From Octopus vulgaris (taxonomy: Eukaryota): DNA of 64,000 bases. This document shows positions 27,677 to 40,414 of the stretch, piece after piece. The notes beneath the pieces were generated by a model. It ran no database searches. It saw only the letters and a list, made by a program, of their open reading frames with translations, and was not told the origin of the DNA. The stretch lies in contig OX597819.1 of NCBI GenBank assembly GCA_951406725.2, positions 122,822,001 through 122,886,000 on the forward strand, written 5' to 3'. The position numbers were made by a program, and so were the translations under genes. Numbering within the stretch: the stretch's first letter is position 1; each line of letters starts with the position of its first letter.

Positions 27677-30163
27677 CCAAAAATTTTTCGAAAATTTTCA
27701 CCGAAAACTTACCCCAGAAATTTTTCGAAAATTTTCACCGAAACTTTTCCCCAAAAATTTTTGAAAATTTTCCCGAAAAATTTTTCACCGATTTTGGCAC
27801 CACTGGCCTTCCATACTTTGTGATTTAGGCACCGCTGGCCTTCCATACTTTGTGATTTTGGCACCGCTGGCTTTCCATACATTGTGATTTTGGCACTGCT
27901 GGCCTTGTGATTTTTAGAAATTTTTCCCCAAAAATTTTTCGAAAATTTTCACCGAAAATTTTCCCCAAAAATTTTTCGAAAATTTTTACCGAATATTTTC
28001 TCGAAAAATTTTTAGAAAATTTTTGCCGAAAATTTTTGCCAAAAATTTTCCTCAAAAATTTTACGAAAATTTTCACCGAAAATTTTCCCCAAAGGTTTTT
28101 CGAAAGTTTTCCCCAAAAATTTTTCACCGATTTTTGTGATTTGGGCACCGCTGGCCTTCCATACTTTGTGATTTTGGCACCGCTGGCCTTCCATACTTTG
28201 TAATTTTGGCACCGCTGGCCTTTCATACATTATGATTTTGGCACCGCTGGCCTTGTGATTTTTAGAAAATTTTACCCAAAAATTTTTCGAAAATTCTCTC
28301 GAAAAATTTTTCGAAAATTTTTGCCAAAAATTTTACGAAAATTTTCCCCAAAGGTTTTTCCAAAATTTTCCCCAAAAATTTTTTAAAAATTTTTCGAGAA
28401 CTTTCAGCGAAAATTTTCCCCCAAAATTTTTCGAAAATTTTCACTGAAAATTTTCACCAAAAATTTTTCGAAAATTTTCCCCAAAAACTTTGACCGAAAA
28501 TTTTCAACGAAAACTTTCCCTAGAAATTTTTCGAAAATTTTCACCGAAAATATTCACCAAAAATTTTTCGACAATTTTCACGGAAAATTTTCCCCAAAAA
28601 TTTTGAACGAAAATTTTCAACGAAACTTTTCTCCAAAAACTTTTCGAAAATTTTCACCGAAAATTTTCCCCAAAAATTTTTCGAAAATTTTCACTAAAAA
28701 TTTTCCCCAAAAATTTTTCACCGATTTTTGTGATTTGGGCACCGCTGGCCTTCCATACTTTGTGATTTTGGCACCGCTGGCCTTCCATACATTATGATTT
28801 TGGCACCGCTGGCCTTGTGATTTTTAGAAAATTTTGACCCAAAAATTTTTCGAAAATTTTCTCGAAAAATTTTTCGAAAATTTTTGCCAAAAATTTTACG
28901 AAAATTTTCCCCAAAGGTTTTTCCAAAATTTTCCCCAAAAATTTTTCAAAAATTTTTCGAGAACTTTCAGCGAAAATTTTCCCCCAAAATTTTTCGAAAA
29001 TTTTCACTGAAAATTTTCACCAAAAATTTTTCGAAAATTTTCCCCAAAAACTTTGACCGAAAATTTTCAACGAAAACTTTCCCTAGAAATTTTTCGAAAA
29101 TTTTCACCGAAAATATTCACCAAAAATTTTTCGACAATTTTCACGGAAAATTTTCCCCAAAAATTTTGAACGAAAATTTTCAACGAAACTTTTCTCCAAA
29201 AACTTTTCGAAAATTTTCACCGAAAATTTTCCCCAAAAATTTTTCGAAAATTTTCACTGAAAATTTTCCCCAAAAATTTTTCACCGATTTTTGTGATTTG
29301 GGCACCGCTGGCCTCCCATACTTTGTGATTTTGGCACCGCTGGCCTTCCATACTTTGTGATTTTGGCACCGCTGGCCTTCCATACATTATGATTTTGGCA
29401 CCGCTGGCCTTGTGATTTTTAGAAAATTTTACCCAAAAATTTTTCGAAAATTTTCACCGAATATTTTCTCGAAAAATTTTTCGAAAATTTTTGCCGAAAA
29501 TTTTCCCCAAAAATTTTACGAAAGTTTTCCCCAAAGGTTTTTCCAAAATTTTACCCAAAAATTTTTCAAAAATTTTTCGAGAACTTTCCGGGAAAATTTT
29601 CCCCAAAAATTTTTCGAAAATTTTCACTGAAAATTTTCCCCAAAAATTTTTCGAAAATTTTCTCCAAAAATTTTTCGAAAATTTTCACCGAAAACTTTCC
29701 CCAGAAATTTTTCGAAAATTTTCACCGAAAATATTCACCAATAATTTTTCGAAAATTTTCAGGGAAAATTTGCCCCAAAAATTTTGACCGAAAATTTTCA
29801 ACGAAACTTTTCTCCAAAAACTTTTCGAAAATTTTCACCGTAAACTTTCCCCAGAAATTTTTCGAAAATATTCCCCAAAAATTTTTCGAAAATTTTCACT
29901 GAAAATTTTCCCCAAAAATTTTTCGAAAATTTTCACTGAAAATTTTCCCCAAAAATTTTTCGAAAATTTTCTCCAAAAACTTCTCGAAAACTTTCCCCAG
30001 AAATTTTTCGAAAACTTTCACCGAAAAAATTCCCCAAAACCTTTTCGAAAATTTTCACTGAAAATTTTCCCGAAAATGGCCTTCCATACTTTTTAATTTT
30101 GGCACCGCTGGCCTTCCATACTTTGTGATTTTGGCACCGCTGGCCTTCCATACTTCCATACTT
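27677..30163. repeat. Complex satellite: AAAATTTT-based 11-13 bp subunits plus clusters of a 32-bp unit, with higher-order repeat structure
   Basis: Core AAAATTTTTCG-AAAATTTTCACCG-AAAATTTTCCCC; 32-mer GATTTTGGCACCGCTGGCCTTCCATACTTTGT clustered near 27790, 28135, 28730, 29295 and 30080. Confidence 0.95.
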
Positions 30164-30512
30164 CCACTGCATGGCACTTTGGGTGAGTGTCTTCTACTAT
30201 AGCCTCGGGCCGACCAAAGCCTTGTCAGTGGATTTGGTAGACGGAAACTGAAAGAAGCCCGTCCTATATATGATATATGTATGTATGTATGTGTGTGTTT
30301 GTTATTTGTGTCTGTGTTTGTCCCCCACTCTCGCTTGACAACCACTGCTGGTGTGTTTACGTCCCGTAACTTAGCGGTTCGGCAAAAGAGACCGATAGAA
30401 TAAGCACTAGGCTTACAAAAAATATGTCCTGGGTGGCGTCGATTTGTTCGACTAAAATTGGTGCTCCAGCATGGCCGCTGTCAAATGGCTGAAAGAAGTA
30501 AAAGAAAAGAAA
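30164..30512 (+). mobile_element. SINE family A, 3' part; its head lies at 27644-27676, split off by the satellite
   Basis: GCATGGCTGTGTGGTAAG precedes the array and CCACTGCATGGCAC...CTACTATAGCCTCGGG follows it. Confidence 0.85.
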
Positions 30513-31014
30513 AAAATAAGTATTTTGTCAGCTCTTCGCCTTCCAATTTGTATCAATTTGGGCTCAAGGCTAGCAATTGTGAAAGGAGTGGGGCAATCGG
30601 TTACATCGATCCCAGTACCTGACTGGTTCTTATCTTATCGATCCCAAATGAAATTCAAGGTCGACTTCTGCGGCATTTGAATTCAGAGCGAAAAGAGCCA
30701 GCGAAAAAAAATACTGCTAAAATTGTCCGACTGCTAACGACTCCGTTTACCATTTAGACTGCGTCAAACAACAGAGTTATCATCGGTCGGACAATGTTTG
30801 GCAGTCTAAATGGAAAACGAAGGACGAAACCGCCGGAGTGCCAATACCACATGTCCAGTGTCGAAGGGATCGCAGAGCAGCGTCTGACGAAATGTTTTGC
30901 TTAAAAACACAACGCACCACTCGGTTTTGAAATTAAAAGCACGATTGTGAGTGCAACTCCACTAACCAGTAGGCCATTCGCATTCACCTTTATGGTAACC
31001 ATACTAGACAAAAT

Positions 31015-31906
31015 GATTTCAAATTTTTGCCCCAAGAGCAACTCGGGGGTGGGGATAACGTCGATCACATCGACCCCAGTGTTTCACTGGTACTCAATTT
31101 ATCGACCCCGAAAGGATGAATGGCAAAGTCGACCTAGGCGGAATTTGAAGTCAGAAAGTATCGACGGCCAAAATACCTATTTCTTTACTACCCACAAGGG
31201 GCTAAACATAGAGAGGACAAACAAGGATAGACAAACGGATTAAGTCGATTATATCGACCCCAGTGCGTAACTGGTACTTATTTCATCGACCCCGAAAGGA
31301 TGAAAGGTAAAGTCGACTTCGGCGGAATTTGAACTCAGAACGTAACGGCAGATGAAATACCGTTCAGCATTTCGCCCGGCGTGCTAACGTTTCTGCCAGC
31401 TCGCCGCCTTCGACGGGCAAAATACCGCAAAGCATTCCGTCCAGCGTGTTAATGATTCTGCTAGATCACCGCCTTATTAACATTGGGCCTGGAATTTTGG
31501 AGGCGGAGACCAGTCGATTACATCGATCCCAGTTTCGTATATTGTTCTTGATTTATCGACCCCGAAAAGATGAAAGTCAAAATCGACCACGGTGGAATTT
31601 GAACTCTGAACATGAAGGCAGACGAAATGCCGCCAAGCATTTCGCCAGGTGTGATAACGATTCTGGCAGTTCACCGCATATCAACATTAATAATTCTTTC
31701 TACTGGAAGCAGAAGGCCTCCAATTTGGAGGAATGGATTAAGTTACTTACATCGATCCCAATGCGTAACTGGTACCTATTTAATCGATCCTGAAAGGATG
31801 AAAGGCAAAGTCGACCTCGGTGGAATTTTAACTCAGAACATAACGACGGGCGAAATACAGCCAAGGATTCCGCCCTGCGTGCTAACGATTCTGCCAGCTC
31901 GCCGCC
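31015..31906 (-). mobile_element. Cluster of SINE B copies including a nested insertion (31178-31408) with a 17-bp TSD
   Basis: TSD TCGACGG(C/G)CAAAATACC at 31161-31177 and 31410-31426. Confidence 0.9.
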
Positions 31907-32086
31907 TTCGCCATACTTGACAATGCACAACTATTCGTACTAACCGCACTGATTCATCGCAACTACTCCGTATTGTTCACATGTGTGTACACGTGACCGC
32001 ATGTGCATGTGTATGAGTGTAAGTGCCGTTGAGTGGTTAAATGAAAATGAATATGGTCAGTTACGAAATTAAAATTTAGAATTATA

Positions 32087-32240
32087 GGCGTAGGAGTGGC
32101 TGTGTGGTAAGTAGCTTGCTTACCAACCACATGGTTCCGGGTTCAGTGGCACCTTAGGCAAGTGTCTTCTACTATAGCCTCGGCCCGACCAAAGACCTGT
32201 GAGTCGATTTAGTAGACGGAAACTGAAAGAAGCCCGTCGT
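32087..32240 (+). mobile_element. SINE family A, 5' half
   Basis: Head match. Confidence 0.85.
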
Positions 32241-32247
32241 ATATATT

Positions 32248-32286
<39 letters not shown>

Positions 32287-32414
32287 ACTTAGATAAACTT
32301 AGATATGTTTCGACCAAAGATTGGTCCTGGCCATGTCTAACTTAATAGCACCACTTGATATGTATGTATGTATATATATGTGTGTGTGTAAATGGTGTAG
32401 ATGTGGTTATGCTG

Positions 32415-32640
32415 TTGGCGATAGGATTTGATTGGTGGTACTCCCATAAGCATAACATTTTATCTTTCTACCTTCTACCACTACTCTTATACGTTCCACG
32501 TCCTCCAGACATCTTTCAGGCACTTGTATCACTGTGCTGGGGTCGGATTTTCAAATGCCCTAAAGTCCTTGTTAAGACAATGACAGGTGACAGATTTTGT
32601 TTTTTCTGATCTGATCTTTTTGACATGGTGGTAGAGCAAG
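32415..32640 (-). pseudogene. Degenerate LINE ORF1 (gag-like zinc-knuckle region) remnant
   Basis: The minus strand reads IRVVVEGRKIKCYAYGSTT, resembling VLVEVRRPRCYLCGKNSH at 59994-60296. Confidence 0.45.
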
Positions 32641-33011
32641 AAAATTAGGTTTCACCAGGCATTTTTTTGAAATTTTTTTGAAAATTTTCTTCAAATCAGA
32701 GTCGAAAGAGAGTTCCACTTATCTCTGTAGAATAATGTTGCTGAAAGACCTGTTATGTCTGTTGTTGTTGCAGTGTTCCTGTTAAATTTCTTCATTTTGT
32801 ATTTTTCATGAAATTCGTTGTTGCTGTTGTTAACGTCAATGTTTTCTTTGTTAAAATTTCATTACGTTTTTATTTTCATTTCGTCATCAAATTTGTAGTT
32901 GAAAATTACGCTGTCGTCTGATTTCAAAGCAGCAACATAACGCGTCCCGTTCACACATCCTTTCACTGCGTTCCGGCAACGCTCCTGTCTCCACATCTCA
33001 AAAAGAGAGAA

Positions 33012-33397
33012 TATTTATTACAACGAGTGGCTTGTAAACGTATCTAACTCGCTTTCGCTCGTTAGATACGTTTACAAGCCACGAGTTGTAATAAATACGG
33101 TATCCATAGGGAATGAGTTTGGTATTTTATTTATTACACACGAATAAACGACCATATTTTATTAACCCAATAACTAAATTCTTCACGTTTAGTTGTAACT
33201 TATGAATGACAAAAGTAGTGCCGTCACCGTGACCTCGGGTCATCACCATGAATTGACCAATCAGAAGCAGCGCTGTCACCGTGACCTCGGGTCATCACCA
33301 TGGATTGACCAATCAGAAGCAGCGCTCGCAGTATCTGACATATGTTAGATACCAAAAATATCTTAAAGTGTTCTCACTCATATGTGTGTAATAAACA
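33012..33397. mobile_element. Unclassified palindromic non-autonomous element
   Basis: Hairpin with 37-bp arms at 33012-33097, a second inverted repeat TTTATTACACAC/GTGTGTAATAAA, and an internal 52-bp tandem duplication. Confidence 0.55.
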
Positions 33398-33679
33398 ACC
33401 TTCACTGTATCGTCTGGTGTTTTATGCATGGAGGAAGAAAAAACAAATTTTCATTACAGAAACAATAGCGAATGGAGATGCCAACCTCCCCACAAAATGG
33501 GGAACATCGTATGGGGTTTAAAGTCATAAGTCGGCAGCAAACAACTCGACTTCCACATGATACACATTTCAAAACTGAATGCAACCGTTTTACATTATTG
33601 ATATTCGACTTGTTTACAAGTATTACGGAGTCGATAGTAGTGAAGCACAACCGCGTAGGTAGAAGAGCTCCTTGGGTAT

Positions 33680-33814
33680 GGTTTAGAGTAAGAGAGAAGT
33701 GGTATGAACATGGGCTGTGTTAGGGAATAAGAATTACAACATTTTATGGGATTTCCTCATAAAGATAGACTATACTATTGAATTAAGACGATCAGATGTA
33801 AATATAGATTACAA

Positions 33815-33849
<35 letters not shown>

Positions 33850-33893
33850 CAACAACAACAACAAAAAACAACAACAACAACAACAACAACAAC

Positions 33894-33947
<54 letters not shown>

Positions 33948-34019
33948 TATGAGTTTCTTTGCCCTAGGAGTCGGGAAGACACTCGGCAAGAAATGGAAGC
34001 AAATTTGAAAGAAGGGGAA

Positions 34020-34069
<50 letters not shown>

Positions 34070-34440
34070 TATAAAGACCTGTTCATTGAAATTGAGAAAA
34101 TGTGGCATCTCAAGGCGGTTACAGTACCAGTGATCGTAGGAGCACTAGGAATGATCAAGAAGGGAACCGAAAATTAAATGAGAATGATCCCTGGCTTACC
34201 ATCCCTACAAGAAGTGCAAAATATTGTCTTAACTGGTACATCACACGTATTGAGAAGAGCATTGTCGCTGTGAGAACTATTACTACCCATGTATTTTAAT
34301 TTAACTTTAAAAAAAATGAACGAACTAGTGAGTTTAGTTTAATGGCCTACCAATGTATACTATGAGTTTCTTTGCCCTAGGAGTCGGGAAGACACTCGGC
34401 AAGAAGTGGAAGCAGATTTGAAAGAAGAAGAAAAACCCAT
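33680..34440 (+). mobile_element. R4/Dong-like RLE LINE fragments interleaved with (TAA)n
   Basis: KWYEH...ILWDFLIKIDYTIELRRSD, KYKDLFIEIEKMWHLKAVTVPVIVGALGMIKKG...QNIVLTGTSHVLRRAL; a duplicate 3' end at ~33946-34020. Confidence 0.85.
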
Positions 34441-34442
34441 AA

Positions 34443-34504
<62 letters not shown>

Positions 34505-34508
<4 letters not shown>

Positions 34509-35410
34509 GCCCTAATGCAGTACCAGACAGTGGCTGTCATGGATTCTGATCTTAACTGATTGGAAGTGTTATCATGTCACGTGACAACTTGCTGGGGCTG
34601 CCTGCTGGAGCCGAGTTGCAGGTATTTAACGGGAAAAGTTTGACACGTCAGTCAGTCACCGTCTGACATCGCTGATGATACATCGAAGAGGCCAGGGAAC
34701 AGAAGAAAGAAGAAGAAAGAAGACATGCACCTAACACCAGAGCTGAAGACACCTCCGAAAGGAAGGGGGACCGCCATGTCAAAACGGTAGAGGAGTAGGG
34801 GCCGAAACCGGACGTGGTTCCTCCTGATGATGTCTTGAGCTAACTGGATCCTATGAAGGAGCCGTTGTGGTAGCAGACCACGAATCACGGCTGTAATTCC
34901 TCCCCGATTGGAAGTGTTATCATGTATATTGTTTTGTCTTGGTATAAAAGATGGGCTTAAGCAAATATTGTGCTCAATACCACAGATTTGCTTGTCAGTT
35001 GTTTGACCTTAACCAGTTGAGCATGTCCCTTAGTGGCCGTCGATATGTGCATCTCTGATCACGAACAGAAGTAGTGGGGGAGCATCATAGCGTGTGTTGA
35101 AAGGAATTCTTAGAGGTTTGGATAATTCACCTTTGAAAACATAGGTGGTTCGTTGAGCATCCTTAAACAACCCTCATTCAGGGACCTTTTGAGCGGGATG
35201 GGCTACTCGACCAGCAGAAAATTTTAACTGTGCCCCACCTGCAAGGTCATGCGCTGTTTATCTTGATATGAGATCACCATGTCACGCACATATGGCTGTG
35301 ATGCTTGTGCCTGGTGTACCCTTATAAGACGGATAGTCATGATGGGTATACTGGGCTTCGTATATTTTACCCCAGTATATCTTTGATGGCATGCACTGCA
35401 CTCTCACTCA
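34505..35410. mobile_element. Unclassified interspersed repeat between (TAA/CAA)n tracts, interrupted by a 328-bp insertion
   Basis: Bounded by microsatellites; 20-bp duplication at 34558-34577 and 34906-34925. Confidence 0.5.
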
Positions 35411-35412
35411 AT

Positions 35413-35470
<58 letters not shown>

Positions 35471-35505
35471 TCATCATCATCAACAACAGCAACAACAACA
35501 ACAAC

Positions 35506-35549
<44 letters not shown>

Positions 35550-36456
35550 GAAATAAATAATCATATTGATTTATTTTTTCTTTTGGGATTTGGTTTGCAA
35601 GATTCTTTATGTGAGTTCGTGTGTTGAAGCATATTCTGTCGTGCCTGAGGAGAGTCATTCTCTTTTAATGCCTTATAATTTAACACACTCACCAGTAAAA
35701 TTTCCACTCATTTACTTATATATTTTTCTAAAATTTTCGTTGCCTCTTGGAACTTTTTCAATAGTTGTTGACTCTGTCCGTTATTAAAGCTGTGTTCTTG
35801 TTTACTTGTACGCATGTGTGTGAGTAAGTTTGTGTGCGCATACACATGTATGAATGTATGTCCGTCCGTCTGTATGTATGTATGTATGTATGTATGTATG
35901 TATGTATGTATGTATGTATGTATGTATGTATGTATGCATGCATGTAAGTGTGTGTATGCATGCATGTATGTGTGTGCTCGTATATATATATGTATGTGTG
36001 TACGTTTGCATGTATGTATTCTGCATATTCATGTGTTTGCGTGTTCCTGTTTGTGTTTTTATGTTTGTGTTTTTATGGTTGTGTGTGTGTGTGTGTGTGT
36101 ATGTGTGTGTGTGTGTACTTCTCTCTCCTTGTGTGCGCATGTGAGAAAAATAAAACTGAAAGATCACACATCTTGCAATTATAATGACTGTGTACGAAAA
36201 GGAAACTGAAAAAATTTATAAATATCAGGAATCAGGCAGAGAGATGAAAAGATTGCAGAAGACTATGGCTGCAATTTTTTCCTATCGTAATTGATACATT
36301 TGGTGCAACAAACAAACGGCAACCTATGAGGCTGAGTGATATCGGAATTGAGAATTGCATTGCGGATCTGTATTCTGAAAAAGAATCCTAAGAAAATTTC
36401 TTGGCATTTGAGGAGATTTGTTGTTACCAACCTTCAAAACAGCATAACATGTAATA

Positions 36457-36836
36457 TCTTTATATATAAAAGAGAGGTTGTGTGCTGTCTGTCCCCTTCG
36501 ATTTAGATTCCTAACTACTCCCACATTTTGCGGTGCAGTTTAACCAAAACCGGGTATCTTATAGTCGTGATTCATATCGAGCCCTTCTGGGTATTAGCGC
36601 GCGTCTACGATGAGTCTACGATGAGTCTACGATTTAAAAAAAAAATTAACATCATTTTTCCCATTTTTAATGCATTTTTGGCATATATAAGGGAAGTAAC
36701 TCTCTAAAAATTTATTATTAAATCTCAGAACCTTGTGGTTAGCCATATTGAGATGGCTATTATACTTTACATCTCTAAAAATGCTTATATAGTTATTTCC
36801 CTTACAAACCCGAGCAACGCCGGGCGATACTGTAAG
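36457..36836 (+). mobile_element. Non-autonomous Helitron-like element
   Basis: 5' A|TCTTTATATATAAAA; 3' hairpin CCCGAGCAACGCCGGG followed by a degenerate CTAG end; same architecture as 9967-10442. Confidence 0.7.
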
Positions 36837-37006
36837 TTTATAATAAGCCACAGCTCATGAGCTGAAACTAGAATCAATCAATCTTTCAAGGAAGATACTA
36901 GCCAATTACATCGACCCAAGCCCTCAACTAGTATTTATTAAATCGATCTCGAAACGATGAAAGGCAAAGTCAAACTCGTCAGAAGCAGCAATTCTATCCA
37001 CGATTG

Positions 37007-37311
37007 TTGTTGTTTTTTCCTTCTTGAGCCATCTGTGGCTCATAAGGGCCGGTTTCCCGGTTTCTTGGCGTATAGGATCCCCTCCTGGACGGGACGCCAG
37101 TCCGTCGCAGGTGAGCTGCAAGATGCAGGAGGAAAGAGTGAGAGAAAGTTGTGGCGAGAGAGTCAGCAGAAATTCGCCATTACCATCTGCCGGAGCTGCG
37201 TGGAGCTTAGGTGTTTTGGTCATAAACACACACATCGCCCGGTCTGAGATTCGAACCCGCGATCCCTCGACAGCGAGTCCGCTGCTCTAACCACTAGGCC
37301 ATGTGCCTCCA
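37007..37311 (-). mobile_element. SINE family C, tail type 3, full length
   Basis: 13-bp TSD CTATCCACGATTG at 36994-37006 and 37312-37324. Confidence 0.92.
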
Positions 37312-37975
37312 CTATCCACGATTGGGTGTCACACAGTTTCCTCTCACCAAAATCCAATCATAGAAATTTGGCCCAGCAAAGGCTAGGTATTGATTGAAGG
37401 TTCTTACTCATATTAGAGCGAAATTTGTAATCTATACCTAGTTTAAAACTACTGAAAATAGTGTTAATAATCTAAACAAAATATGATTCAGCGGTTTGTA
37501 GATGGGTTAGCTTGTATGCAATGCAAAATGTCTGTTATCTTGCAAGAGAGAGGAAAAACAACATGCACCCTTGAGGGCTTGGATGAGACAAGACACGCAA
37601 TAGAAAATAGCATCTTATGATAGACATAGAATCCTGAGTGATAATGTATATGGATGGCGAAGTAATTAAATTGATATATAATTAATCATGGATATTTAAT
37701 GACATGAGGTATCTGAACATGCGAGTGTACTAATTAAAGAACTGATCATCAGTAGGATAAAAACAATTTTTGATATACATACGTTTATACATCCATATAT
37801 ATATATACGTATACACACCCATATACATATGCACACATACATATACACACACACAAGCACAAATAGACACATATACACATATATACACGCACACACACGC
37901 AGACATATATATATATATATACACATGCATACACATATATATCGTTATCTCGCTGTCTCTCTCTCCCTCTCTCTC

Positions 37976-38024
<49 letters not shown>

Positions 38025-38280
38025 CACAGACATATAAATATATACATGCATATATATATATATATGTAAAATACACATATATAAAGACATAATACATATA
38101 TATATATATCTATATAATTATATACATATACACTATATATATATATATATATATATAATTATATACATATACACTTATATATATATATATATATAATTAT
38201 ATACATATACATTTATATATATATATATATATAATTATATACATATACATTTATATATATATATATATATAATTATATAC

Positions 38281-38370
<90 letters not shown>

Positions 38371-38574
38371 CGTATTTGATTATCTTCTTCAGATTTGTTT
38401 AATGCGCATTAAATTCTCTGAAATGTAAATTTAGAAAACTACTTTTTACATACACGAACTGTGTCAATGTGTCATATTACAACGCAGTCTTCATGATTTT
38501 CGCCATCTTTCCCATCGTTCGCCACTAACATTTCTGTTCATTACACATTATTTCCTGCTTTTTTATTCTTCACT

Positions 38575-38575
38575 T

Positions 38576-38666
<91 letters not shown>

Positions 38667-38733
38667 CACTACTACTACTAACACCACCACCACTACTAAT
38701 ACTACTATTATCACCACCACCACCACCACCACC

Positions 38734-38780
<47 letters not shown>

Positions 38781-38784
38781 CATC

Positions 38785-38816
<32 letters not shown>

Positions 38817-38892
38817 CACTACTACTACTAACACCACCACCACTACTAATACTACTATTATCACCACCACCACCACCACCACCACCACCACC

Positions 38893-38949
<57 letters not shown>

Positions 38950-39206
38950 GCCACTACAGTATCCATGTGTATACATATATACTTATAGGTACGTACTGTT
39001 ATTACCACCACTACCACCACGCTTGTTACTACTACTATTACTACTACAACTGCTGCTGCTGCTGCTACTACTGCTACTACTACTACTACTGCTGCTGCTG
39101 CTACTACTACTACTACTACCACTACAATATCCATGTTCATGCATATATACATATAGATACATGCTGCTATTACCATCAACACCACAAACACCACCAACAC
39201 CATTTT

Positions 39207-39245
<39 letters not shown>

Positions 39246-39260
39246 CATTGCTGCTGCTAT
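38575..39260. repeat. Compound (ACT/ACC/AAC/GCT)n repeat containing a ~150-bp tandem duplication
   Basis: The same block occurs at ~38641 and ~38791. Confidence 0.9.
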
Positions 39261-39812
39261 TATATAATTTGTTGTTGTTTGCTTCCCCCTACTCCCTCTC
39301 CTCCTCCTCCCCCGCCCCGCCGCTTTCACCTTCATATCTCATTGCTAACAGTATTATTTTGTTAATTGGATCAATTACTTCAATTCATTTTCACAAAATA
39401 TCGATCTGCTTTTAATGAGATTCTAAAAGTTTCCAAGTTGGGTGAAGAGATCTATTACAACCAAAGTAGCTTCATCTATAGAAATCTGTCAGTAACATTC
39501 TCTACTTTAACTAGATATCTCATTTACTTATATGCTTTACTAACACACACACACACACACTCATCTACCCCACACACATGCACGCGCAAATTTACTCACA
39601 TACACACACGCAGTCACGCAAGTACGCACAAGCACACGTGTATACATGTGCGCTAAACAGATATTCAGACGTACACGTATATAAACGTACGCATATATAA
39701 AAATCTACATACATGCGTTGCGTACATATATTTACATGCACATATGGATACTTACATACATATACATGTGTATATTCTTATACATACGTACACACACACA
39801 CACTTATAGATT

Positions 39813-39848
<36 letters not shown>

Positions 39849-39849
39849 G

Positions 39850-39889
<40 letters not shown>

Positions 39890-39916
39890 TTTATTTAAAA
39901 GCAGCAGAAATATAAC

Positions 39917-39963
39917 AAAAGCTGTTACTCGGAGTTTCACGTTCCCGTTCGTCGGACAGTTTT
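39917..39963 (-). ncRNA. Minimal type I hammerhead ribozyme motif in a Penelope-like terminus (~39889-40275)
   Basis: Minus strand: aaaaCTGT-CCGACGA-ACG(ggaa)CGT-GAAA-CTCCGAG-TA-ACAGctttt. Confidence 0.7.
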
Positions 39964-40269
39964 GTTAAAATAGAACCGAAATAACAATTTGATCAAAACT
40001 AGCTAAAGGATACACCTTTAAAAATGGATTTGTTTCATTGGTCCTTTCAAATAACGGTCTTATGCAAGTGATAAACAAAATAACAAAAATAAATGAGTTC
40101 AATATAAATTATAAAAATCGAGGAAAAAACCTTAAATCGAAGAGTTGATTCAAATACATATTGTCATTAATTATATAGAAAATATAATTCGATTAATACA
40201 ATTAATACATAAAAATAAAAATTGAAATATATTAAAATATTTCACAACAGTATATACTCATACTAAACC

Positions 40270-40315
<46 letters not shown>

Positions 40316-40414
40316 AAATACACAGATAGACGTACACAGACCACATACATATACAGACATATAAATGTAAAAGGAAAATATATACACAAATACATGTACA
40401 CATATGTATACATA

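Noticed and set aside
27790-30160. 32-bp repeats separated by other sequence, resembling a CRISPR array
   Set aside because: The repeats are directly tandem, the intervening DNA is itself repetitive rather than unique spacers, there are no cas genes, and the context is eukaryotic.
27608-30172. K/F/P-rich ORFs across the satellite
   Set aside because: They are translations of the AAAATTTT repeat in multiple frames on both strands.
34670-34850. CTGATGA/CTGAAGA motifs in the 328-bp insert as hammerhead cores
   Set aside because: I could not build a consistent stem II, GAAA, stem III and NUH arrangement around them.
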